Positions 50,864 through 60,162 of a stretch of 64,000 nt of DNA are shown in pieces (the first letter of the stretch is position 1; each line of letters starts with the position of its first letter). A program made the position numbers and the translations under genes. Source of the stretch: Aulosira sp. ZfuVER01 (GTDB lineage Bacteria > Cyanobacteriota > Cyanobacteriia > Cyanobacteriales > Nostocaceae). The stretch spans positions 96,001 to 160,000 of the forward strand of contig JAVRCV020000025.1 of the NCBI GenBank assembly GCA_034530615.2, read 5' to 3'. The notes beneath the pieces were generated by a model. The model was not told the origin of the DNA. It worked only from the letters and a program-made list of their open reading frames with translations, and made no database searches.

Positions 50864-52138
50864 TTACAGCTTCTGTCCTGTGTAAATCGATCGCACTTCG
50901 CCATTACGACGAACGATCGCTTCACCGTTATTGACATCTACTAGCGTCCAACCACTTGAGCCAATGCTTTCACCAATCTGAAAGCGGCGTGTGACGCCAT
51001 CAATTTTAAACAAAGCCGCAGATTTAGTTCCTAACTCTAGTATTCCTTCTAGGGTATGGCTAGGTGCGACAGCCTCTGCAACAGTTGCGGCATACACTGA
51101 AGTTGTAGTAGGGAGTTGTGGTGGTGCAGCGCGGAATGGCACAACTGGTAAGGTTGGCAGCAGGTTGGAGGATTGCCCAATAACAATTGGTGTAGTTCGC
51201 ACATTCACAGGTTTGAGATCTGTACGTACAGCAGCAGCAAACATATTGACATTCACAGGCTTGGCTGGCTTGCGCACAGAATTTAAGGCGTTTTTCACAG
51301 CATTAGGCTGGGATGCAGTTTTTACTGGTGATAGAGGTTTAGGAATACCAGGCAGCAGCGGTGCATAGCGCATTGGGGAAGGTGCTTGATAAACAGGTAT
51401 GTATATGCGCTCAACAATGTTTTTCGGGACGCTAGGGGATGGTAATGTATTGTTGGCTGTCAGAGGTGTTGGTAAGAGCAGATTTTTTTGATTGCTAGCC
51501 AAAGCTAAGGCGGGTGACTTGGGAGTTGCGCTGATGGCGATTCCTGGGTTGGCGTAGCTTTGATTATTTCTGTTTTGTTGCTGCTCAATGACTGACAATG
51601 CGCCTAACATATAGTCAACCAACTCAGCTTGGGCATCAACTTTTTGAGGTAACTGAGTCTGCGGTACTTGAAAATATGCGGCTGTGATTGGCTGGAAAGT
51701 AAGGAAAGTTAGCACCTTGGAGTTTAGCAGGTAGATAATGCCAGCGATCGCCACGCCGACAATGGTTGTGCCAACAATCAGCAATCTCCCCAAAGGACGC
51801 CTGTTTTTCTTCAGCTTGCGAGTAACTGCTTTTTTCACAGGCGTATTAACTACAACCTTATTCAAAGGCTTTTCCCTGATTTGGGAAACTCCTTGTATAG
51901 TTTGGTGCAGTTCATTTGGCAAGACAATCTGCGGGACTTTCACTGTTTGTAGAGGCACATAGTCTACATTCACAGTTTGGGAAGCAAAATTCCCACTAGC
52001 ATCTAGAACATTGTCGAGATCCGCAAAGATTTCATCCATCAAGCCATCAGCATAGAAATCTATCGTCCAAGGCTCGTTGGCGATCAAGTCTTCTGATGGT
52101 TCTGGAATAATCACATGAGTGCTGGCTTCTTTTAACAT
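50864..52138 (-). CDS. Membrane-anchored Pro-rich protein with a T2SS-C/PilP-like C-terminal domain
   Basis: ADGLMDEIF, a TM helix, VERIYIPVYQ, LEGILELG..SAALF..GESIGSSGWTL. Confidence 0.75.
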   Translation of the reverse strand: MLKEASTHVIIPEPSEDLIANEPWTIDFYADGLMDEIFADLDNVLDASGNFASQTVNVDYVPLQTVKVPQIVLPNELHQTIQGVSQIREKPLNKVVVNTPVKKAVTRKLKKNRRPLGRLLIVGTTIVGVAIAGIIYLLNSKVLTFLTFQPITAAYFQVPQTQLPQKVDAQAELVDYMLGALSVIEQQQNRNNQSYANPGIAISATPKSPALALASNQKNLLLPTPLTANNTLPSPSVPKNIVERIYIPVYQAPSPMRYAPLLPGIPKPLSPVKTASQPNAVKNALNSVRKPAKPVNVNMFAAAVRTDLKPVNVRTTPIVIGQSSNLLPTLPVVPFRAAPPQLPTTTSVYAATVAEAVAPSHTLEGILELGTKSAALFKIDGVTRRFQIGESIGSSGWTLVDVNNGEAIVRRNGEVRSIYTGQKL

Positions 52139-52349
52139 AAGGCTTTTGGGTGGTAGCTGCGAGGACGGATAAATACCTCCTCTACTGCCTGGGAATCAGG
52201 ATTTTCTGTGAAATTTGCCATCTTCCATCTCAGTAGATCGGTTGAGGGCGCTGTGGTATTAAATTCAACTTAGAATCCAGAGACTGCTGATGATGCCAGT
52301 TCTTAATTCATGTCATCTATCATACCCAATCTCTTCCCTACTACTATAC

Positions 52350-54293
52350 TCATGCTTCATGAAGTTTTTTTGAAGCTAACGCTGAAAACTCTGACTGGCT
52401 CTTTGTTTTACGTAATTCTAGATATATTAATAAAGCATTAATATCTGCTGGGTTCACGCCACCAATACGTGCTGCTTGACCGAGAGTCAGTGGTTTTACT
52501 TTACTTAACTTTTCTCGCGCTTCCTTAGAAAGGGTATCAATTTTTGTGTAATCTAAATCCGCAGGCAACTGGCGGTGCGCTTGACGGGCTATCTGCTCAA
52601 TTTGATTTTGTTGCCGCGCCAGATAGCCAGAATACTTAATATCAATTTCTGCGCCTTCTTTTTCTACAGAGTTAAGGCTGGGGTTGCCCAATCCATATCT
52701 GTCGAGGTGGAGGTAATGGAATCCTGGACGCCGCAGCAAGTCAGCTAGAGTAATTGAGCCTTTAATTGCTTGTTGCGTATCAGCTGCGATCGCTATTCCA
52801 ATTTCATCATGTTCTTTCACTCTGGTGGCGTGCAGCCGTTCTTTTTCGGCAATAATCTGTGCTTGTTTGCGGGTGAATAAATCCCAACGGCGATCGTCAA
52901 TTAAGCCAATTTCTCGTCCCAAAGGCGTTAATCGCTGGTCGGCATTATCAGAACGTAGTATTAAGCGGTACTCAGAGCGACTAGTGAGCATACGGTAAGG
53001 TTCGCGTAAATCCTTGGTACATAGGTCATCGAGTAAAGTACCTATGTAACTTTGCTCGCGGGGGAACACAATCATCTCCTGGCCACGTGCAAAGCGTGCC
53101 GCGTTTACACCTGCCACAAATCCTTGGGCAGCAGCTTCTTCATAACCTGTTGTGCCGTTAATCTGTCCCGCACAAAATAGCCCCGCAATCTTTTTCGTCA
53201 TCAGTGTGGGATAACACTGAGTTGCAGGTAAATAGTCGTATTCCACCGCATAAGCCGGACGCAGCATCACACAATTTTCCAAACCAGGCAAACTACGTAA
53301 CATTTGCAGTTGCAAATTTTCTGGCAACCCTGTGGAAAACCCTTGGATGTAAAGTTCGGGAATATCCCTGCCTTCTGGTTCAATAAATATTTGATGGCTT
53401 TCCTTATCGGCAAAGCGGACAATCTTATCTTCAATGCTGGGGCAATAACGCGGGCCTTTCGCTTCTACCCAACCACCATACACAGGCGATAAATGTAAAT
53501 TTTCTTGAATCAGGCGATGGGTTTCAGGTGTTGTGCGGGTGATGTAGCAAGGCATTTGCTCCCGTTCTACCCAAACTTCCGGGTCAAAGCTAAACCAATG
53601 CACTTCTTCATCTCCCGGTTGGAGAGACATTTTACTGTAATCCACCGATCGCTTGTCTACCCTAGCTGGCGTACCAGTTTTCAGTCTTCCGGTTTCAAAT
53701 CCTAGACGATTTAAAGTATCAGTTAATCCCTCAGCCGCGAATTCTCCCGCCCGTCCCGCCGCCATTGACTTGTTACCAACCCAAATCTTTCCGCCTAAGA
53801 ACGTACCTGTCGTTAAGATAACTGCTTTACATTGGAATGCCACACCAAAGTAAGTCTGAACGCCAATTACTTCATCATTAGCGCCCAACACCAAGTCTGT
53901 TGCCATCCCCTCACGGATAACCAAGTTTTCTTGATTCTCCACAATATTCTTCATCACAGCAGCATATTCTCGCTTATCCGTTTGGGCGCGTAATGCCCAT
54001 ACTGCCGGTCCTCGTGAAGAATTGAGAATTCGCTTTTGCAGGTAAGTACGGTCTGCCATCTTACCAATTTCCCCACCCAAAGCATCAACCTCATGGGTTA
54101 ATTGGGATTTAGCTGGCCCACCCACTGCTGGGTTGCATGGTTGCCAAGCGATTTTATCTAAATTCAGCGTCAACAGCAGAGTCCGACAACCGAGGCGGGC
54201 AGTAGCAAGGGCTGCTTCACAACCGGAGTGACCTGCACCGACGACAATGACATCAAAAGCGTCTTGGAATTCAATAGAATTGTGCATGGTCAT
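52350..54293 (-). CDS. mnmG: tRNA uridine 5-carboxymethylaminomethyl modification enzyme
   Basis: [51 protein letters not shown]. Confidence 0.98.
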   Translation of the reverse strand: MTMHNSIEFQDAFDVIVVGAGHSGCEAALATARLGCRTLLLTLNLDKIAWQPCNPAVGGPAKSQLTHEVDALGGEIGKMADRTYLQKRILNSSRGPAVWALRAQTDKREYAAVMKNIVENQENLVIREGMATDLVLGANDEVIGVQTYFGVAFQCKAVILTTGTFLGGKIWVGNKSMAAGRAGEFAAEGLTDTLNRLGFETGRLKTGTPARVDKRSVDYSKMSLQPGDEEVHWFSFDPEVWVEREQMPCYITRTTPETHRLIQENLHLSPVYGGWVEAKGPRYCPSIEDKIVRFADKESHQIFIEPEGRDIPELYIQGFSTGLPENLQLQMLRSLPGLENCVMLRPAYAVEYDYLPATQCYPTLMTKKIAGLFCAGQINGTTGYEEAAAQGFVAGVNAARFARGQEMIVFPREQSYIGTLLDDLCTKDLREPYRMLTSRSEYRLILRSDNADQRLTPLGREIGLIDDRRWDLFTRKQAQIIAEKERLHATRVKEHDEIGIAIAADTQQAIKGSITLADLLRRPGFHYLHLDRYGLGNPSLNSVEKEGAEIDIKYSGYLARQQNQIEQIARQAHRQLPADLDYTKIDTLSKEAREKLSKVKPLTLGQAARIGGVNPADINALLIYLELRKTKSQSEFSALASKKLHEA

Positions 54294-54493
54294 ACTTACA
54301 AATGGGAAAAGCTGAGAGTTATTTTCAATTTTAACCGATACCGTAGTTTCATGGATGTGCTTTTACAAGCGATAAGTTAATACATTGAAAATCCAAAATT
54401 CACAAGAAAAACCTAAAAACTAATATTAAGAATTATACTGGCTAGTAACTTTGCGTAAGTTGAATATGAAGCAGTTAAGCCAGAATAATAGGT

Positions 54494-55399
54494 ATGAAAT
54501 TATCAAATAAGCGTTCTAGTATTGTAGGAATTATCTTCAATAAGATCCAACGAAATCTCCGGAAGATAGTTTTTCTTATTATTCTTTTCTTTGTTTCTGT
54601 TGTTTTAGTTGCTAGTAATGGGATTACTCACCACCAAGCAGTTATTAACACTGCACAATTCAATAGTTGCGCAAGTGCTAGTTCAATTCCATGTATAGAT
54701 ACTCCTCAACCAATAACCTTACCCACGCCAACTACACCATTTACTCCTAATCCACAGTTAAACGAGCAGCAGCGTTTTTTGTCTGTAATTGCAAATAAAT
54801 TAGCGACAATTCCCCAACCTGGCACTTTTGAATATATATTGCTGCGTAAATATGGAGCAGCATTTGTCAATCAAGCACCAGAACTTAAACTACCTCAAAA
54901 AGTTATTTTTACTAACGAGCAGGAAACTAAAGAATTTCAATCTACTCTGACAATGGTTAAAGTTGATGGGACTAATAACTGTTACTTACAACAAGCCGCA
55001 GGATTAGCTTTAAATAAAGCAAAAGCCATCCAAAAAATTCCTTTGAAATCTGGTTATGGTAGCGGTGATTGTACTCGCACCTTCACCACTAATTTAAGAT
55101 TTTGGCAAAAATACGCTAACGATAGAACTTTAGAGAAAGTACGCCAAGGTAAAGAAACAGCAATTCTAGGGATAGTTGCACCACCTGGAACATCACAACA
55201 TCTCTGGGGGTTAGCCATTGATTTAGGCATATCCAGTCAAAAGCAGAGACAGGCTTTAAATCAAAATGGCTGGTTTCAAACTGTAGAAAGCGATATTCCT
55301 CATTGGACTTATTTAGGTTTGACCGAAGAACAATTACCTCTGTTTGGTTTTAAGAAAAAAGTTGTGAGGGGAATTACCTATTGGTTAACACCAATCTAA
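54494..55399 (+). CDS. M15/VanY-like D-Ala-D-Ala carboxypeptidase family protein
   Basis: VAPPGTSQHLWGLAIDL, PHWTYLG; N-terminal TM. Confidence 0.85.
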   Translation: MKLSNKRSSIVGIIFNKIQRNLRKIVFLIILFFVSVVLVASNGITHHQAVINTAQFNSCASASSIPCIDTPQPITLPTPTTPFTPNPQLNEQQRFLSVIANKLATIPQPGTFEYILLRKYGAAFVNQAPELKLPQKVIFTNEQETKEFQSTLTMVKVDGTNNCYLQQAAGLALNKAKAIQKIPLKSGYGSGDCTRTFTTNLRFWQKYANDRTLEKVRQGKETAILGIVAPPGTSQHLWGLAIDLGISSQKQRQALNQNGWFQTVESDIPHWTYLGLTEEQLPLFGFKKKVVRGITYWLTPI

Positions 55400-55417
55400 T
55401 CAATTTAAATTTAAAGC

Positions 55418-55612
55418 TTATCTGACTTCCACATAACGTAACTCTGCATTTTGAGTTACTTCTTCCACAGTTTCTAGATAGGCTTTAATTGCATCTTTGA
55501 TATTTTCTAAAGCCTCTTCTTCAGTTTCACCCAAAGTCCAACATCCTGGTAAAGCAGGGCACCAGATAGCATATCCTAACTTTGTTTTATTTAACTTGAC
55601 TTTGTAACGCAT
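55418..55612 (-). CDS. Short HicB-family antitoxin (orphan)
   Basis: CPALPGCWTLGETEEEALENIKDAI. Confidence 0.85.
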   Translation of the reverse strand: MRYKVKLNKTKLGYAIWCPALPGCWTLGETEEEALENIKDAIKAYLETVEEVTQNAELRYVEVR

Positions 55613-55762
55613 ATCTAAATAACCGCTTTTGTCTGTTATTTTATATCGTTAAATTAAACAAAAATTGATCGTATGATACTGCAAAAACTGAAAGTATTGG
55701 TTTACAAGAATATAATTGAGGATTTGTTGACACAAATCCCAGTTACAACGAAAAAATCAGCT

Positions 55763-56326
55763 CTATTGAGATTTATAGGGTGAAGCTACAAATTGCAGAA
55801 ATTTTAAGTGATTATTTTCCCATTTATAGTAAAAACGCCCAATTCCTTGTTCTCCGTCTTTACCTCCTGCTTGACCAACAATGATGAGTAACTTACTATT
55901 GGCTCGATAGTGTAACCCACCATCAGGTCTAGGAGGATTATATCCAGCACCGCGTTGGTCGTGATAGCCATAAAGTTGTGTAGGTAGATAAACCTGACCA
56001 GTTTTGAGATCGACGATCGCAGATGTATCTACACCACCCATAGCACGATTGAGATGAGGAGCGATCGCATAATGACCTGCAAAATTTGCACCTTTGTTAA
56101 CAGTCGCGTTTAGTTGCGGTTCGTAATCTTTGATGTCTTGCGTACTAACGGCTAGTGCAGCTGGTTTTCCTTGAAATACTGGTTTTGCTGGATAATTTTT
56201 AAAATGCGGTTGTTGAACGCGAGACGTTTGCTGCAAGGATGCTGCCATTATCGATCCACTTTCTTGGACTACAGTTAAGCCTATGACTGTAGCCAATGCA
56301 GCAATAATAAAGCTACTTTTTAACAT
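55763..56326 (-). CDS. Secreted hypothetical protein
   Basis: Signal peptide; NFAGHY, VDLKTGQVY, SKLLII, YYKWENN. Confidence 0.75.
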   Translation of the reverse strand: MLKSSFIIAALATVIGLTVVQESGSIMAASLQQTSRVQQPHFKNYPAKPVFQGKPAALAVSTQDIKDYEPQLNATVNKGANFAGHYAIAPHLNRAMGGVDTSAIVDLKTGQVYLPTQLYGYHDQRGAGYNPPRPDGGLHYRANSKLLIIVGQAGGKDGEQGIGRFYYKWENNHLKFLQFVASPYKSQ

Positions 56327-56532
56327 TAAATGCGTGCTCTACTAATGATTATAATTAACTTGTTGAGACTAGCTACAAGCTCAAGTTATAAAATTCCTAA
56401 AAATTATCTTTAGTCTGTTATGATTTTGTAGATGGATTATAATTTGCTTATGTAAATTTTACCTATATCTTTAGTTATATTTTGGCTAGTTGAAGAGCAT
56501 ATTTCTGGATAAAACCCGCTCAAAGGATAAAG

Positions 56533-56889
56533 CTACTTTAAGGCGGGAAACTTTCCTAGTAAATCATCAAGTTTACGATTACCTTCAGCGTTCATGTTCT
56601 CCGCTCCACCTAGTTTCTGCTTAATCTGTTCAAATTCAGCACGGGTTACTTCTTTGGTGTTAGTTCCCGTTGTTGTTGGGTTTTTAATTTGTTATTTGAT
56701 GTCATCAATCTGAGGGCCAATTTCGCCCTGTTTTTGCTTGACTTGATTGAATGCAGTTTTAGCAAGTGATTTTGTATCGTGAACTTCAGCGCTTAGAGTG
56801 CCAGTGATTTTTAATAGATCGTTAACCCCAGTTTGCGCTGTATCCGCCTTGCCTTCAGCACGAACAGCTATATTTTTTACTCCAGTAAT
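56533..56889 (-). pseudogene. Remnant of a coiled-coil protein gene
   Basis: About 118 protein-like codons with one in-frame TAA (56692-56694) and no start codon. Confidence 0.4.
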
Positions 56890-57154
56890 TGATTGTTAAT
56901 TTTTTATAAATTTTCTAGTGAGTAGGATTTGAGTAGCATGATCGCAACGAGCGATCGCTAAAAATTGAAGAAAAAATAGTGTTTTTGAGTAGCGAATGAG
57001 TAGCCATTTAAGCGCTAAGAGCTACAAAGCATACACCGTCGAGTTTACATCATACTGGATAGTAAACTTCATGATTTTAACCTTAATTAAGTAATCGAAC
57101 GGCTCAGGGAATTTCGGGGTACAAAAGAAAAAATGGTGTTGGGTGTTGCAATTT

Positions 57155-57934
57155 ATGAATCAGCCTTTACGGTCATTGGGAGTTGCACCAAATGCTTGGA
57201 CAGTGAATCAGGCGATCGCAGACATTACTCGTCCTCCAAAGACCCCACAACCCGCTATCTTATCAACTGAAACCAAAACCCTGCGACTGGATTGGGCAAA
57301 AGCTATCATTATCGTCATTGATATGCAAAATGACTTTTGCCATCCCGATGGCTGGTTAGCGCATATTGGCGTAGATGTAACCCCAGCCCGCAAGCCAATC
57401 GAACCTTTACAAAACTTACTACCACAACTGCGTGGGGCTGGTGTGCCTGTAATGTGGCTCAATTGGGGAAATCGTCCCGATTTACTCAATATCAGTGCTG
57501 GGTTGCATCATGTTTACAACCCGACAGGGGACGGCGTGGGATTGGGCGATCCTCTACCGAGTAATGGTGCTCAAGTACTTATGGCAGGTAGTTGGGCAGC
57601 AGCAGTAGTAGACGAACTCCAACAGTTACCGTCAGATATTCTGATTGATAAATACCGCATGAGTGGATTTTGGGATACTCCCTTAGATAGTATCTTGCGA
57701 AACCTGGGAAAGACGACACTATTTTTTGCTGGCGTTAATGCCGACCAATGTGTGATGGCAACTCTATGTGATGCCAACTTTTTAGGATATGACTGCATTT
57801 TAGTCAAAGATTGTACCGCTACAACTTCCCCCGATTATTGTTGGCTGGCGACGTTGTACAACGTAAAACAATGCTTTGGTTTTGTTACTGGCTCACAAGA
57901 GATTTTAACAGCATTACAAAATGCTGATTCTTGA
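57155..57934 (+). CDS. Isochorismatase-family cysteine hydrolase
   Basis: Triad D (IDMQNDF), K (DKYRMSGF), C (GVNADQCV). Confidence 0.92.
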   Translation: MNQPLRSLGVAPNAWTVNQAIADITRPPKTPQPAILSTETKTLRLDWAKAIIIVIDMQNDFCHPDGWLAHIGVDVTPARKPIEPLQNLLPQLRGAGVPVMWLNWGNRPDLLNISAGLHHVYNPTGDGVGLGDPLPSNGAQVLMAGSWAAAVVDELQQLPSDILIDKYRMSGFWDTPLDSILRNLGKTTLFFAGVNADQCVMATLCDANFLGYDCILVKDCTATTSPDYCWLATLYNVKQCFGFVTGSQEILTALQNADS

Positions 57935-57971
57935 GTTTTGCATCTTGTAATTATTCAGAGGAGATACATAA

Positions 57972-58427
57972 ATGCACGCTACTCGTTGTGTGATTCCTGT
58001 GATTAAATCTCCCAAAGATTATCAAGTTTACCGCATTAGTCCTCATGATTCTAATCGGTTAGCGATTATCTTCGATACAGCAAATGCTAATACTTCCTTG
58101 ACTTGCTGTGTGGAAATTTTTGATGTCGGTGGGCAAACTCCACCTAATCGTCATCAATGGGCAGTAGAAATGTTTTTTATTCTGAAAGGGGAAGGTATGG
58201 CTATTTGTGATGGCAAGAAAGTTGCTATTAAAGCAGGAGATAGTTTATTAGTACCGCCTACAGGCACTCATTTGATTAAGAATACAGGTTTTACTCGCTT
58301 GTATACGTTAACAATTATGGTGCCTAATGAAGATTTTTCGGAATTGATTCGTAGTGGTACGCCAATGGAGTTAGATGCAGAAGATATGGCGGTGCTAGGG
58401 AGATTAGATGCTTTGATGCCTTGTTAA
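57972..58427 (+). CDS. Cupin domain protein
   Basis: TPPNRH..AVEMFFILKGEG, GDSLLVPPTGTH; RBS GGAG. Confidence 0.9.
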   Translation: MHATRCVIPVIKSPKDYQVYRISPHDSNRLAIIFDTANANTSLTCCVEIFDVGGQTPPNRHQWAVEMFFILKGEGMAICDGKKVAIKAGDSLLVPPTGTHLIKNTGFTRLYTLTIMVPNEDFSELIRSGTPMELDAEDMAVLGRLDALMPC

Positions 58428-58473
58428 ATAAAGCTCACATAATTTTAGCTTTTAGATTTTAGTTTGCTGCCAA

Positions 58474-58497
58474 GGGCGGGAAAATCCCGCCCCTACA
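58474..58497. repeat. REP-like palindrome
   Basis: GGGCGGG-AAAAT-CCCGCCCCTACA; related copy near 62179. Confidence 0.55.
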
Positions 58498-58508
58498 GAT
58501 TCAAAAAT

Positions 58509-59021
58509 TCAATCCCACCAATAGCAAACTATTACTGCATCAATGTCTTGTTGAAAATCTTTACCCCACAACCCACCTTCTAAGCGAGTTCTCAATCTTC
58601 GTTTTAGCCGCAAAGCGTACTCCTCATTTGTTCCATCAATTATTTCTACTGAATCAGCTTGCCACTTTTTACCTAAGTCTAAAAGTTCAGATACTGTTGT
58701 ATCTTGATTCTCACTCAATATGTAGAGCGTATCGGCAGGATAAGCAACAAAATGGATGATGCTAGTTTCCGGCATAGGACGGTAGTTTGCCATTGCCAAG
58801 AGAGTATCGAGCGCACCACCAAAGCTAAGACCGTGTTCATCTGGCGCAAAAATAGGTTTTGTAAACAGAAAGCTTGCCCATAAATCTGTGCGCGCAGCCA
58901 GGTCACTAATCACTTGTTCTCCATCAAACTGATTAAATTGACGCTACCAAACTAAGGCAGCAAAGAGTTCTTGTGGAGAATAAGATTGAGCTATTGATTG
59001 AATTTTGGTTAAGTCTAGCAT
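58509..59021 (-). pseudogene. Hypothetical protein gene with a premature TAG at codon 26
   Basis: MLDLTKIQSIAQSYSPQELFAALVW*RQFNQFDGEQVISDL... continues in frame into ORF 58509-58913. Confidence 0.6.
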
Positions 59022-59098
59022 CACTTTTAGTTAAGTTGAAAGGCGCAAAAGAACCAAAATATGCAAGGAAAAGTAAAGTTAACGTGAGTTCGATAGAA

Positions 59099-59423
59099 TT
59101 AAAAAATGGCAGGAGGTAGTGCAGGCAAATCTTTTGGGTAAATATCAATCGACGGTTTTTTGGGCAAATAGGTGTAATACCAATTCAAAATTCAAAATTA
59201 AGAAATTGAGACTCAGCAAAGGTTCCAGGGTTTGCGTCTGCATCATATTTTTGGTGAAATGGTGTAAGCAGCTAAACCAGCCATCAAGTTAACCAAAAAA
59301 TTAAATGGGCTACGATGGCGGAAGTGTTCTATTTGACAGATATTTTTGAGATGGTCATTGACAGACTCAATGACAGCATGTTTGCGTAACAGAATCTTAT
59401 CAATCAGTTTGACCAAGTGATTT
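59099..59423 (-). pseudogene. IS982 transposase C-terminal fragment, interrupted by a MITE
   Basis: [37 protein letters not shown] / YTYLPKKPSIDIYPKDLPALPPAIF*. Confidence 0.85.
59177..59260 (-). mobile_element. 84-bp MITE inserted in the transposase remnant
   Basis: Flanked by GGTGTA at 59171-59176 and 59261-59266; end identical to the 30195-30222 copy. Confidence 0.75.
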
Positions 59424-59593
59424 ATTAACTTTGATGAATTGCTGCTCCTATCAAAGTTGCCGAAATCGAACTTTTTTACAAGAGATACTTTCATTACTTT
59501 TGCATTACTGAAGTTAGTAAATTCTGAACTATATATCTGCTCAACTTAAGTATTAAATAAAATGATTACCAATAAACTAGGAAAAGCAAAAAC

Positions 59594-59956
59594 GTGAACC
59601 GTTTCAAAAAGCTATCCTCAATAGTGTTCCTGTTATTAGCCTTCATGTATCCACCTGCTTTGGCTGAAGCTAAGGATACTACTCTCAATCATGTGTTCAA
59701 TGAACAGAGTCTTAACGCACAGACAAAATTAGTTGAAGAGCAAAGTGAAGAGCTTTTGTTAGCTCACCGAAGGACTCGACGACGTTATCATAGACGGCAA
59801 CGGACTGGAAAATATTATCAACGCCAGGGAAATCTACAACATTATTATAGACGACGCTATCGCTCTATACGTTATCACGGACAAGCATATCGTCATGGAC
59901 AATGGGAACTTGTGCGCGATCGTCATGGACGATTAATGTATGATTGGCAGCGTTAA
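59594..59956 (+). CDS. Secreted Arg/Tyr/His-rich hypothetical protein
   Basis: Signal peptide ending ALA, acidic spacer, highly cationic C-terminal half. Confidence 0.65.
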   Translation: MNRFKKLSSIVFLLLAFMYPPALAEAKDTTLNHVFNEQSLNAQTKLVEEQSEELLLAHRRTRRRYHRRQRTGKYYQRQGNLQHYYRRRYRSIRYHGQAYRHGQWELVRDRHGRLMYDWQR

Positions 59957-60162
59957 TAGTAAACTTTACCCCTAATTTTCCCAGGCATAACGATGCCCTG
60001 ATGCTTTTTGTTGCTTTTTTTTAGTATCGCTGAGACGGTTCGATCTAATAATTATAGGTATGTTCTTCTCACTACAGTCTCAGCCTTTTTTTGTAGCTAA
60101 ATCAATCCGTCGAACTCACGTAGAATTAGAATAAAGATGACGTACATTCACCAGTAGCTAAA

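Larger units (their letters stand above)
59082..60121 (-). mobile_element. IS982-family derived non-autonomous element with passenger DNA
   Basis: 12-bp perfect TIRs ACGTGAGTTCGA (59082-59093) and TCGAACTCACGT (60110-60121); transposase C-terminal remnant inside. Confidence 0.75.

Noticed and set aside
1522..57807. Many short ORF-track entries antisense to or nested in long genes (e.g. 5667-6131, 10558-10845, 20122-20559, 28339-28791, 46364-46726, 50991-51368)
   Set aside because: Shadow ORFs of well-supported genes with no recognisable motifs.
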